Source: Candidatus Omnitrophota bacterium (GTDB lineage: Bacteria > Omnitrophota > Omnitrophia > JAHJGZ01). Taken from it: 63,906 nt of DNA. Positions 9,053 through 18,450 of this stretch are shown here, one piece after another. A program made the translations under genes and the position numbers. A model generated the notes under the pieces. That model was not told the origin of the DNA, ran no database searches, and was given only the letters and a program-made list of their open reading frames with translations. The stretch covers positions 1-63,906 of the forward strand of contig JAHJGZ010000007.1 in NCBI GenBank assembly GCA_018823795.1, given 5' to 3'. Positions within the stretch are counted from its first letter, which is position 1, and every line of letters begins with the position of its first letter.

Positions 9053-10165
9053 TCAATATATCGGATATCCCTCAAATAAATAATCATTTCCGCTTTTCGA
9101 ATAAGAAACATTTCGAAAGCGAATTGCTTTCTTTATACATGCCACGCCATTTCCTTCAACTGAAGTCGGCGCGTGCATACCGCCAATGATCAACGGAGCA
9201 CAAAACAAAAACATTTTATCAACTAATTTTCGTTCAAAAAAAGAAGCGGCCACATTCCCCCCACCTTCAACTAAAACGGTTCCTATATGAAAATCGACTA
9301 ATCTTTTCAACACAAAGGCTACATCTATCTTTTGCCGGTACAAAGGGGCTTGAATGACTGAAATTCCCTTTTTTTGATACAATGCTATTTTACGAGAAGA
9401 AACTTTTTTAGAAACAACAATAATTACCTGATCACGTGTGGCATAGTGAAATACCTTCTTAGTAAGAGGAATTTCTCCTTGTGTATCTAAAATAACCCGC
9501 GCCGGATTCTTCGTGGATGAAACAAATCGCACCGTAAGGGATGGATCATCATAAAGCACCGTTTGTTTTCCGACTAAAACAGCATCAACATTTTTTCTTA
9601 GTTGATGCACACCGGTGCGCGACGTAATACCGCTAATCCACTGTGAATCGCCCGTTCGTGTTGCACTTTTCCCATCAAGGCTCTGAGCCATTTTGACGGT
9701 CACAAAGGGGCGTTTTTTACTCATACGAGTAAAAAAGGCTTCATTCTGTTTTTTTATCTCATTTTTGAGCAGACCAACTGAAACAGCTATATTATTTTTT
9801 CGTAATATACGAACACCGCGCTTGTGATGCTGTGGATTTGGATCAAAGCTTCCAATAACAACTTTTTTAATGCCGCTTTGTATGATCGCCTCAGTACATG
9901 GCGGTGTTTTTCCCTGCGTCGAACAGGGTTCTAACGTTACATATAATGTTGCGCCGTTGGCCGCTCGCCCCGCCCGTTTCAGTGCAACTATTTCTGCATG
10001 AGGCCCGCCAAAAAATGCATGATAGCCACGAGAGCGGATGACGCCATCCTTCACGACAAGCGCACCGACTAACGGATTAAGCTTTGTATGCCCTCTTCCG
10101 CGTTCGGCAAGCCAGAGTGCTTCACGCATGAAGGCTCCATCACGAGTTTTTTGTGATATTTTCAT
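9053..10165 (-). CDS. ribD: Bifunctional riboflavin deaminase/reductase
   Basis: HAE, LYVTLEPC, SLDGK and VEGGG motifs. Confidence 0.95.
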   Translation of the reverse strand: MKISQKTRDGAFMREALWLAERGRGHTKLNPLVGALVVKDGVIRSRGYHAFFGGPHAEIVALKRAGRAANGATLYVTLEPCSTQGKTPPCTEAIIQSGIKKVVIGSFDPNPQHHKRGVRILRKNNIAVSVGLLKNEIKKQNEAFFTRMSKKRPFVTVKMAQSLDGKSATRTGDSQWISGITSRTGVHQLRKNVDAVLVGKQTVLYDDPSLTVRFVSSTKNPARVILDTQGEIPLTKKVFHYATRDQVIIVVSKKVSSRKIALYQKKGISVIQAPLYRQKIDVAFVLKRLVDFHIGTVLVEGGGNVAASFFERKLVDKMFLFCAPLIIGGMHAPTSVEGNGVACIKKAIRFRNVSYSKSGNDYLFEGYPIY

Positions 10166-10559
10166 GGTGATTGATATGATCGAGGACACCGTTTACAAAT
10201 TTTCCTGAATCTTCTTGAGAATATTTCTTTGCAATATTAACCGATTCATTAATCGTCACTTTGGGGGGAATATCAGGCATAAAAAGCAGTTCATAGGCAC
10301 CAGAGCGCAGGATATTTTTATCCAAGATCGCCATACGTGAAAGATCCCAGTTCTCGGTATGACGTACGATAGTCTCATCAAGTATCTTTGTCTGAGCAAG
10401 AACTCCCTGAATAATCCGCTCAGCAAATGCTTGCACTTCTGCATCCACAGGATTATGTTCCCAAAATTGTTCTCGGATACTATCAAAATCTTCTTTGACT
10501 ACTTCGAGCTGATATAAAACCTTTAGTGCGCATTCACGTGCAATTGTTCTCTTCCTCAT
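10140..10559 (-). CDS. nusB: Transcription antitermination factor
   Basis: RTIARECAL, INESVNIAKKY and KFVNGVLD motifs; follows ribH. Confidence 0.95.
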   Translation of the reverse strand: MRKRTIARECALKVLYQLEVVKEDFDSIREQFWEHNPVDAEVQAFAERIIQGVLAQTKILDETIVRHTENWDLSRMAILDKNILRSGAYELLFMPDIPPKVTINESVNIAKKYSQEDSGKFVNGVLDHINHHENITKNS

Positions 10560-10581
10560 AAAAATGTCCTTACGATAATGG

Positions 10582-11055
10582 TTATTTTTTCTCAAAAGCG
10601 GAAAGGAGATTTGCCATTTCTATAGCAGACTCGGCTGCGTGAGCTCCTTTATTACCACTCTTGGCCCCCGCACGGTCGATTGCCTGCTCTAAGGTATCAG
10701 TTGTGATGACACCAAAAACCACCGGTATTCCTGTGTCAAGAGAAATGCGCGCAATGCCCTTTGCAAGCTCACTGGACACATATTCAAAATGCGCTGTTTC
10801 ACCACGAATCACTGCCCCCAGTGCAATCACTGCATCAAATTTGTTACTCTGCGCCATTTTTAAACAGGCAAGCGGAACTTCAAAAGAACCGGGAACCCAT
10901 ATCACTTCAATGCTGTTATCCGCTACGCCGGAGCGCATAAGACGGTCAATAGCACCATCCAAAAGGCGTTTCGTAATAAATTCGTTAAAACGAGAAACAA
11001 CAAGTCCAAAACTTTTTCCTTTACCGGTCAACGTACCTTCATATATCTTTGCCAT
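10582..11055 (-). CDS. ribH: 6,7-dimethyl-8-ribityllumazine synthase
   Basis: [12 protein letters not shown] and [13 protein letters not shown] motifs; GGAGG RBS. Confidence 0.96.
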   Translation of the reverse strand: MAKIYEGTLTGKGKSFGLVVSRFNEFITKRLLDGAIDRLMRSGVADNSIEVIWVPGSFEVPLACLKMAQSNKFDAVIALGAVIRGETAHFEYVSSELAKGIARISLDTGIPVVFGVITTDTLEQAIDRAGAKSGNKGAHAAESAIEMANLLSAFEKK

Positions 11056-11072
11056 ACGACCTCCTTTGGTTT

Positions 11073-11107
11073 AAAAAGATAAAAGTTAAAAGATAAAAGT
11101 TAAAACA
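11073..11107. repeat. Heptamer array, downstream flank of four-helix-bundle gene
   Basis: AAAAGAT AAAAGTT AAAAGAT AAAAGTT AAAACAA. Confidence 0.8.
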
Positions 11108-11108
11108 A

Positions 11109-11489
11109 TTACACATCTTTACGAAAATGTACTTTCTTAGATATACTAGCAAAAATACTTTTTAACTCGAATGACTCTTGTAATAATCTTTCCAACTCTT
11201 TGCCTTCGGTGATCTCTACTGCCTCAATAATCCTTAACCAATAGTTGCTTTCCTTTGACTCCCGAAAACAAATACTAATCTTATATTTAAAATCATCTTT
11301 ACTAAAGGCTCCTTCTGCTTCCTCATAATTTGCCCCTATTGACGTAGCGGCTTTTGCGAGTTGATATCGAATAATATCATTTTCTTTTGATAGTCTTATT
11401 TTCTTTAAAAATCTTATTACCGCTACTGCAAAATCAAATGTTCTTTCCTTTAAATCCCTTCCTTTCGTACCGTTTTTTTGCCCTTTCAT
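11109..11489 (-). CDS. Four-helix-bundle protein (23S rRNA intervening-sequence protein family)
   Basis: DLKERTFDFA..QL..AATSIGANYEEA....SKDDF..K..I..RE..E..YWL pattern. Confidence 0.9.
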   Translation of the reverse strand: MKGQKNGTKGRDLKERTFDFAVAVIRFLKKIRLSKENDIIRYQLAKAATSIGANYEEAEGAFSKDDFKYKISICFRESKESNYWLRIIEAVEITEGKELERLLQESFELKSIFASISKKVHFRKDV

Positions 11490-11507
11490 CTCGTGTTCCT
11501 TGTATAT

Positions 11508-11563
11508 TTTTTATCCCTTGTCTTTTTTCTTTTTTTATCCTTCATCCTTTATCCCTTATCCTT
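11508..11563. repeat. Heptamer array, upstream flank of four-helix-bundle gene (inverted relative to 11073-11107)
   Basis: Minus strand AAGGATA AGGGATA AAGGATG AAGGATA...AAGGGATAAA, beginning at the ribBA stop codon. Confidence 0.8.
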
Positions 11564-12753
11564 TACAGTAAGTGTCCTAGTTTTTCTTTTTTTGTTTGTA
11601 AATATTTTCTATTATAAACTGTAGATTTTACGTGAAGCGGAATCCGTTCAACAACTTCCAGTCCAAATCCTCCAAGTCCGATAATTTTTCGGGGATTATT
11701 TGATAATAATCTGATCTTCTTGACCCCGAGTTCGACAAGAACTTGCGCTCCTATCCCGTAATCACGCAGATCCGGCTTAAATCCTAACCGTTCGTTTGCT
11801 TCAACGGTGTCCATCCCCTTATCCTGCAGTTCATACGCTTTAATCTTATTAATAAGCCCGATTCCTCGGCCTTCTTGACGAAGATACAGAACGATGCCGT
11901 TACCCTCACGATTGATCATATCCATGGCAGCATAGAGTTGTTCTTGGCAATCACAACGCAGGGAACTTAATACCTCACCCGTAAAACATTCAGAATGGAC
12001 CCTGACAAGCATAGGGTCTTGTGTAATGGTTCCTTTAATCAATGCAATATGTTCTTTAGTATCAATAAATGACTGAAATGCAATAATTTTCCATTCACCA
12101 AAACGTGTCGGAAGAATTGCTTCTGAAACACGCTCAACTAATTTATCAAACGTACGCCGGTATTCAATTAATCGGGCAATGGTACTTATTTTTAAGCCGT
12201 GTTTTTTTGCAAAAATGAGAAGATCATCCATCCGTGCCATTGATCCATCATCATTCATAATTTCACAAATCACCGCTGAAGGACGAAGCCCTGCAAGACG
12301 GGCTAAATCAACGCTTGCTTCTGTATGACCAGCACGGACAAGCACCCCCCCTTTTTTCGCTCGCAAAGGAAAAATATGTCCCGGCACCGTCAGATCCGAG
12401 GAACTATATTGAGGATTTGCCAAAATATCAACCGTGCGTGCACGGTCTGATGCAGAGATACCGGTGGTAATACCCGCTTTCGCATCAACTGAAACGGTAA
12501 AGGCAGTATTGAAACTATCCTCATTCCGTTCCACCATATCTTTCAATTCAAGCGCTTGAAGTCGTTCTTCTGTTACGGGCACACAAATAAGCCCGCGGCC
12601 GTATTTTGCCATAAAATTTATTTTTTCCTTATCCACATGCTGCGCGGCAAAAATAAGGTCCCCTTCGTTCTCCCGTGATTCATCGTCGGTAAGAATGACC
12701 ATCTTTCCTTGCTTGATATCTTCTAGTATTTCTTCTATTGAGTTCAATTCCAT
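11563..12753 (-). CDS. ribBA: Bifunctional DHBP synthase/GTP cyclohydrolase II
   Basis: [27 protein letters not shown] and QEGRGIG motifs. Start set at MELNSIEE. Confidence 0.96.
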   Translation of the reverse strand: MELNSIEEILEDIKQGKMVILTDDESRENEGDLIFAAQHVDKEKINFMAKYGRGLICVPVTEERLQALELKDMVERNEDSFNTAFTVSVDAKAGITTGISASDRARTVDILANPQYSSSDLTVPGHIFPLRAKKGGVLVRAGHTEASVDLARLAGLRPSAVICEIMNDDGSMARMDDLLIFAKKHGLKISTIARLIEYRRTFDKLVERVSEAILPTRFGEWKIIAFQSFIDTKEHIALIKGTITQDPMLVRVHSECFTGEVLSSLRCDCQEQLYAAMDMINREGNGIVLYLRQEGRGIGLINKIKAYELQDKGMDTVEANERLGFKPDLRDYGIGAQVLVELGVKKIRLLSNNPRKIIGLGGFGLEVVERIPLHVKSTVYNRKYLQTKKEKLGHLL

Positions 12754-13195
12754 GATTACACAGATTTTTAAAAAGATTACACGGATTACATGCTGTATCT
12801 TTTCACCTGACAACTTTTATTGCTAAAATTAATTAATAATCCTACTTTAAGGTGTGACGCTCTAAGATATGACCGTATCTGATACTTAAAAACATCTGGC
12901 ATATAGCCCACCACCGCCTTTATTTCTACTATTACTTTATTCTCAACAACTAGATCGACAACGCAATAGCCAACTTTTCTTTTTATATATGACATATCAT
13001 ATCGCTTCTCGGTTTCATAGGACAATCCTTCGTCAGCAAAAGCAAGGAGAAGCGCTTTGTGGTATAACTTTTCGCTAAATCCCGGCCCTAATTCAGAATG
13101 AACTTTATAACAACATGCAATGATGCGTTCCGTTAAAGAATCTCTGTTAGTTTTATTCATAATCTAGGTAATCTTTTTCTAATCTTTCTAATCAT
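12752..13195. mobile_element. Putative inverted-repeat-bounded GxxExxY element
   Basis: Left arm ATGATTACACAGATTTTTAAAAAGATTACACGGATTA (12752-12788). Right arm, reverse-complemented, ATGATTAGAAAGATTAGAAAAAGATTACCTAGATTA (13160-13195). Confidence 0.6.
12786..13160 (-). CDS. GxxExxY protein (PD-(D/E)XK-like)
   Basis: [32 protein letters not shown] and GLLINF motifs. Confidence 0.9.
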   Translation of the reverse strand: MNKTNRDSLTERIIACCYKVHSELGPGFSEKLYHKALLLAFADEGLSYETEKRYDMSYIKRKVGYCVVDLVVENKVIVEIKAVVGYMPDVFKYQIRSYLRASHLKVGLLINFSNKSCQVKRYSM

Positions 13196-13196
13196 C

Positions 13197-13238
13197 AAAA
13201 AAAAAGAGACCTGAGGACAATCCTCGGGTCTTTTTTTT
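13197..13238 (-). terminator. Intrinsic terminator of FMN riboswitch
   Basis: AGACCCGAGG-ATTGT-CCTCAGGTCT followed by a T-run on the minus strand. Confidence 0.8.
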
Positions 13239-13497
13239 TATCTTCTCCCATCCAGACTATACTGTCGGCTTCAGAATTACACTGAATCAAGCTAAAGCAT
13301 GATTGCACAGATTAGAAAAAGATTACATAGATAATCCCTCTTTTCTTACTGCTTAATCATCCTCGCGCTTCGCGGGCTTTCACCGCCGGTAGGGAATAGC
13401 AAATTCAATTACAAATTAAAAATTACGAATTCAAAATTAATTTTGAATTGCTCATTTTGAATTTTTCATTGAGCTCGCATCACCCATCCCCGAAGAT
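13239..13497 (-). ncRNA. FMN (RFN) riboswitch with two repeat-hairpin insertions
   Basis: ATCTTCGGGGATGGGTGA[82 nt]ATTCCCTACCGGCGGTGAAAGCCCGCGA...TGATTCAGTGTAATTCTGAAGCCGACAGTATAGTCTGGATGGGAGAAGA, upstream of the rib operon. Confidence 0.9.
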
Positions 13498-13529
13498 TTA
13501 TGTACATCTTTGTGTAAAAGAGCGTGTTG

Positions 13530-13558
13530 TTTATATCAATAAACCAACATTATGTCAA
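13530..13558 (-). promoter_or_regulatory. Putative sigma70 promoter for rib leader
   Basis: TTGACA-17 nt-TATAAA. Confidence 0.6.
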
Positions 13559-13700
13559 GTAAAGAAAGATACCAGCAACGCATGTTACCGGTATACCCTG
13601 TTACATTCATTACTGAACGATATGATTATTTACTGTACCACTTTACGGATTATATCTAACCCTTTATATAAGAATAAGATACATCAAAATAATTAAACCA

Positions 13701-15290
13701 TTATTTCTCCTGATTGTATTTTTTCGGCAATCGTGTTTCTAAATCCTTTTCCTTCTGATAGCGACGAATAAAATCTAAAAATTCAGGTTGTACAAAACAG
13801 GCAAGGTCCGGTGCTCGCCTGCCACATGAGGCAACAGCCTTATTCCAATAGTGAAAAGACGCATCATAGTGCTCGGTTTTATAATAATGGCACGCCAAGT
13901 AAAGGTACGCGAGCTCACAGGCAGGGTTAAGCTCGATTGCTTGCTTAAATAACTCGACAGCGTGTTCTTTTTCATCAAGAGCGTAATAATCAAACCCAAG
14001 GCTGAGGTATCCCATCCACGCCTTTGGATTCTTTTTAATTAATGTTTCCCAAAAAGTAAAGCGATTACGATATCCCTGAATTAAAGCAACCGATGTCAAC
14101 GCCATATGAAATGTTATGACAATAACCATTGCAACGAGAAATGTTCGTACTTCTCTTTCATATCGAATATACAACCTATCATATATCGTGTCCCATAAAA
14201 AGAGCACACTTGAACAAATCAATAGAAAGAGTGCTGGTGTTGACAGATAGGTAAAATGATCGGCAACATAGGAAAACCGAATCATAGGGAATACTTTTAA
14301 AAATCCCAAGACGGGAAAGATAGAAATACCATAAAACAGGAAAAGTGCTACCACTCCTCGACCAAGAATTTTGCGGTAATAAAAAAGGAGAAAGGCAGCG
14401 ACGATAACACTGCACGGAAAAAGCCACTGCCACAGGACTGAAACGTTAATATCCCAGTTAGGATAAAAAGTCATAAAATTAATCGGGAGGCATATCTGAT
14501 ATATATAAAACCAGAATATCCTTCCCGCAAGAATAACACGTTCGAAAATTGAAAGCTCCCAGTCAAATTTATACGCCCCGACTTTATACAATTCTAAATA
14601 CGATGTGTGTAGTGCACTGATGAGACCGATGAACAATAAGGGTAATGAAAGCAAAATATTCTTTCGTCGAACGGTTCCCGTTCGCCACCATGCGTACAGC
14701 ACCGGAACAAAGACAAAACACGCCGAAATAGATTTACTCAGCAGCGCGCACACAAAAAAGATGCACATACACGTATAGTATCTATATTTTTCTGTCTGAT
14801 TAAATTTAATATACTGTGTTGTGGCAGATAAAAAAAAGAGAAGGCTCAAGAGATTCTTTCGTTCCGTAATCCATGCTACCGTTTCGACTTGAATAGGATG
14901 CACAGCAAAAAGTAAAGCAACAAAAAAAGCAACGCGGGGATAGAGGCATTGTATAATAAAAAAAAGGAGACATGCATTTATGATATGCAGTAATACATTG
15001 ACCACATGATAGCCGCACGGATTATCGTGCCACAGCGCATATTCAATCAAAAAGGATGTAAAGGTTATGGGGTAATACTGAGGTGTTTTATGCGAAAACC
15101 AAATATCGTGCAATCCGTCAGGACTTTTAATGGTGTCATTTGAATACACATATGAGTCATCGTCCCAGATAAAATCATTATAGAGAGAAGGAAGATAGAC
15201 AAGAAACGCGCAAAAAATAATGAAGACAATCTGAAATTTCTTCGAATGAAATACGGGGCTTAGCAGTACACTACTCTTATTGGACACCAT
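13701..15290 (-). CDS. TMTC-like GT-C membrane glycosyltransferase with C-terminal TPR
   Basis: FIWDD, YYPIT, HPIQVETVAWITERK and ADHFTY motifs; TPR tail. Confidence 0.8.
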   Translation of the reverse strand: MVSNKSSVLLSPVFHSKKFQIVFIIFCAFLVYLPSLYNDFIWDDDSYVYSNDTIKSPDGLHDIWFSHKTPQYYPITFTSFLIEYALWHDNPCGYHVVNVLLHIINACLLFFIIQCLYPRVAFFVALLFAVHPIQVETVAWITERKNLLSLLFFLSATTQYIKFNQTEKYRYYTCMCIFFVCALLSKSISACFVFVPVLYAWWRTGTVRRKNILLSLPLLFIGLISALHTSYLELYKVGAYKFDWELSIFERVILAGRIFWFYIYQICLPINFMTFYPNWDINVSVLWQWLFPCSVIVAAFLLFYYRKILGRGVVALFLFYGISIFPVLGFLKVFPMIRFSYVADHFTYLSTPALFLLICSSVLFLWDTIYDRLYIRYEREVRTFLVAMVIVITFHMALTSVALIQGYRNRFTFWETLIKKNPKAWMGYLSLGFDYYALDEKEHAVELFKQAIELNPACELAYLYLACHYYKTEHYDASFHYWNKAVASCGRRAPDLACFVQPEFLDFIRRYQKEKDLETRLPKKYNQEK

Positions 15291-15437
15291 GTGAAAATAA
15301 AGACTTTGGTATATTTACAAATTTGTGAATTTACTATTAATACGATACCATTTGATCGAGCCTCAGATGTTTATTATTATTTTCGGATACGAAAATAAAT
15401 AAAACCTTAGTGTGTCTCTCGTATAATGAGATGCATT

Positions 15438-17261
15438 TTAATTCCTCTCATATATAGCAATGCCAAATTCGAGAGTTGTGAAAGGAAATGGGCCTATCTG
15501 TTCAACCATCGTATAATTTTCATTAATCCATGCCATTATCCCTCGTGCATAATCAATGCCAAAAAAAGCGGCCCCAAATTCATGCGTAAAACGAGACGTT
15601 AAAACAATATAATCAGCTTTCACCTTAATGAATTGATCAATAATGTTTTTCTCACCAATTATATCGACAATGGGAGGAACAATCCCATAATTCCTTAAAG
15701 GATTTCTCCTCTTAGAAAAATAATTAATACTTGCACCTTCAGGAACAACAATAACGGTGGCATCGTGCGGTGTCTGGTTCTTTAAATACTCAACGGTTTT
15801 CCATACACGCCTTGTACGCTCATCATTGAAGCTTTTCATCACTCCTCTTTCATTGCCTATCGTAGAGTTATAACCTGAATACCACTGAGCAGAATATTGC
15901 CAAAATGAATTAATGAATGCGAGAAAAAAGACTACGAGAACCGCATGATACAAATAGTGAGAGTGTGGATAAAAAACTTTATCAAACGATCTTTTGATAA
16001 GCGTAAAGAAAAAAACGTAATAACAAATAAGTCCCAATGGCATCAAGCTAAATCCATACGATATAGGAGTTATTCTGAAAAATATTCGAATACTAAATAA
16101 TAGTGCGGTTGAGAACAAGGCAAACAAGGATAGATTTTCCTTAAAATCAGAAGAATTAAATATGCGAAGAAAAAATATGACTGAGCACGACACCAGTATA
16201 AGACTTAAGCACCTAAATTGCCAAAAATAATAACTTTTATATTGCGGAATTAAAAAAGCGGCCGTAATAAAGATTATGCCGATTATAAGTGATACATATA
16301 AATCTTTTTTTTTATCAAAATAACCAGACACTAAGTGGCAGCCTGCACCTATCAATATAACAGCACCGACATTCATGAAAAATGATTTGAGGATAATGTA
16401 ACTATAAAGCTGAATGTTATTAAACCCTCCCATGCTCAGAACAAATCCGTTGGTTCTGGTATGAAAGATATGATCGATTATTGATTCTCTAAATCCACTA
16501 AACGCATCTGCCATGCCAATAAACAATCCGTAAATGACACTGACGCAAACCAACGGTAAAAACATTAGTGCTATAACGCTCAAGGACTTTGCATTTCTTT
16601 TTTTGATAATGTAAGCAACAGCCGTACAAAAAAAGCCAGCCCAAATCAATAAAGACAATTCTATGCGAGACAAAAACGCACATGACATAAAAAGATTCCA
16701 CAAAAAGAGATAACTCCGTTTTTCTGTGTGTATAAATAAAAGAAAATAATATAAGGCTGCTAATATAAAAAGGGAGAAAAAAACAGAGGCAAAACTATAC
16801 GGAAAGATAAAATTAAAGATGCCGGTATACATATACCGACCAAAAGCACACACATAAAGAAAGGTCACAACGACAAGCGTGGAAATAATTCTATCCAAAA
16901 ATAACCGGGAAATTTTATACAACAATAATGCCATCGCTATTGTAACCCCGACACCACATCCGACAAATGTGTAAACATGCAGTCCAAACAATTGACACAG
17001 CATTGCTAAAAAATAAGGGGCAAAGATTCCATAGGAATAAAAAAAATCTTTATAAAGAACTTTTCCCTGAAGGATTTTTTCCGCCGCTAAAGGGTCGCGA
17101 AAAGTATCGATTATCAGTGATCCCCATTTCCCCCACGATATAAATAATAAATAACAAAAACACAGTGAAATCACTATTAAGGGCAAACGAGCAATAATGA
17201 ACTGTCGTATTCTTTGCTCACCAGGAAAATTGAATGATATATTCTCATGTTTTTTTATCAT
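15438..17261 (-). CDS. Polytopic membrane protein, probable GT-C glycosyltransferase
   Basis: G.VLYKDFFYSYG motif, many TM helices, soluble C-terminal domain. Confidence 0.65.
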   Translation of the reverse strand: MIKKHENISFNFPGEQRIRQFIIARLPLIVISLCFCYLLFISWGKWGSLIIDTFRDPLAAEKILQGKVLYKDFFYSYGIFAPYFLAMLCQLFGLHVYTFVGCGVGVTIAMALLLYKISRLFLDRIISTLVVVTFLYVCAFGRYMYTGIFNFIFPYSFASVFFSLFILAALYYFLLFIHTEKRSYLFLWNLFMSCAFLSRIELSLLIWAGFFCTAVAYIIKKRNAKSLSVIALMFLPLVCVSVIYGLFIGMADAFSGFRESIIDHIFHTRTNGFVLSMGGFNNIQLYSYIILKSFFMNVGAVILIGAGCHLVSGYFDKKKDLYVSLIIGIIFITAAFLIPQYKSYYFWQFRCLSLILVSCSVIFFLRIFNSSDFKENLSLFALFSTALLFSIRIFFRITPISYGFSLMPLGLICYYVFFFTLIKRSFDKVFYPHSHYLYHAVLVVFFLAFINSFWQYSAQWYSGYNSTIGNERGVMKSFNDERTRRVWKTVEYLKNQTPHDATVIVVPEGASINYFSKRRNPLRNYGIVPPIVDIIGEKNIIDQFIKVKADYIVLTSRFTHEFGAAFFGIDYARGIMAWINENYTMVEQIGPFPFTTLEFGIAIYERN

Positions 17262-17361
17262 AGTGTATGCCTTACTTCGATTTTTACCCTATAGGTGACT
17301 GATGTCTCACCGGTATATTGATGCTGTCCGTATTGCGAGCATTATATATGTACCAATGTCG

Positions 17362-18372
17362 TTACGATGTTTCTGTAAAGCTATCACCTGGACTATAAAA
17401 AATAATTTGACTGCCAGCAGTTTGGAATTTAAATGGAACATACAAAAGCTTTCCGAGCCTTTCGCGTATTTTCAATTGATCCTCGGGCCGGGCAAAAATA
17501 AGCATAAAACCCCCACCGCCAGCCCCTAATAATTTACCACCTAAAGCACCAGCATCGCGTGCCGTTTCATACATTTCATCAATATGCGCATTGGTAATTT
17601 TTGATGATAAGGTTCGCTTCAACTCCCAATTTTCATGTAACAATTTCCCAAAATTGTCAAGATCATCGTGGGTATTACAAAGTATTGCAATAGCTTCTTC
17701 TGTCATGGCCGTCATCGTTTTTAATTCTTTCTTTTTGACAGGAATATTTTTGATTTGCTCTTTTGCAATATCTGTTGCGTTTCGTGAGAAACCAGTAAAA
17801 AATAACATCAAGCAGTTCTGCAATTCTTTCAGTTTATCTCTGTCTATAATCACTGGCGAAACTTCTATCCTTTGCTGTTTATGAAACGTGATCCTATTAA
17901 ATCCACCAAATGCGGCTATCGTTTGATCTTGGGAACCGATATTCTCACCAACTCGGTCTTGTTCGACGTGCATGGCATCTAAAGCTAATTGTCGCTTCGA
18001 AACCATCTTCCCTTGTAACGCATATAATGAATGAAGCAATCCAACGGTAAACGACGAACTGGACCCAAGTCCAGACCGTGCAGGTAAATCAGCATTGTGC
18101 GCTATTTCTACACCACGATTAACCTGTAAATACAACAAACATTCTCGCACTGATGGATGTTGTATTTCTTGAATAGTATTTGTTTCCTCCCTTTTGGTAT
18201 AGCGGATCCGATATTTATGATCAAAAAAAGGTGGAAGATACCGGCAGGTAATATAACAATACTTATTTATCGAAGTACTCAACACCACCCCTCCCTGTTC
18301 CTCATACCAATCAGGATAATCTGTCCCCCCTCCAAAAAATGAAATCCGAAAAGGTGTTCTACTTATATTCAC
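17362..18372 (-). CDS. hddA: D-glycero-alpha-D-manno-heptose-7-phosphate kinase (GHMP)
   Basis: RTPFRISFFGGGTD, GLGSSSSF, GSQDQ and GKLLGAGGGGF motifs. Confidence 0.85.
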   Translation of the reverse strand: MNISRTPFRISFFGGGTDYPDWYEEQGGVVLSTSINKYCYITCRYLPPFFDHKYRIRYTKREETNTIQEIQHPSVRECLLYLQVNRGVEIAHNADLPARSGLGSSSSFTVGLLHSLYALQGKMVSKRQLALDAMHVEQDRVGENIGSQDQTIAAFGGFNRITFHKQQRIEVSPVIIDRDKLKELQNCLMLFFTGFSRNATDIAKEQIKNIPVKKKELKTMTAMTEEAIAILCNTHDDLDNFGKLLHENWELKRTLSSKITNAHIDEMYETARDAGALGGKLLGAGGGGFMLIFARPEDQLKIRERLGKLLYVPFKFQTAGSQIIFYSPGDSFTETS

Positions 18373-18450
18373 ATCAACCTCCTTAAACTATTTAGATACA
18401 AACACTGACTTCAATTAATACTATTTTGGGCATTTATCTACGAAAAATAT

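Noticed and set aside
11109-11489. Diversity-generating retroelement (Avd-like four-helix bundle)
   Set aside because: No reverse transcriptase and no TR/VR pair with adenine-specific mismatches seen in the window.
12754-12813. N-terminal extension of RibBA in the ORF track
   Set aside because: It is translated repeat arm overlapping the GxxExxY gene; homology begins at MELNSIEE.
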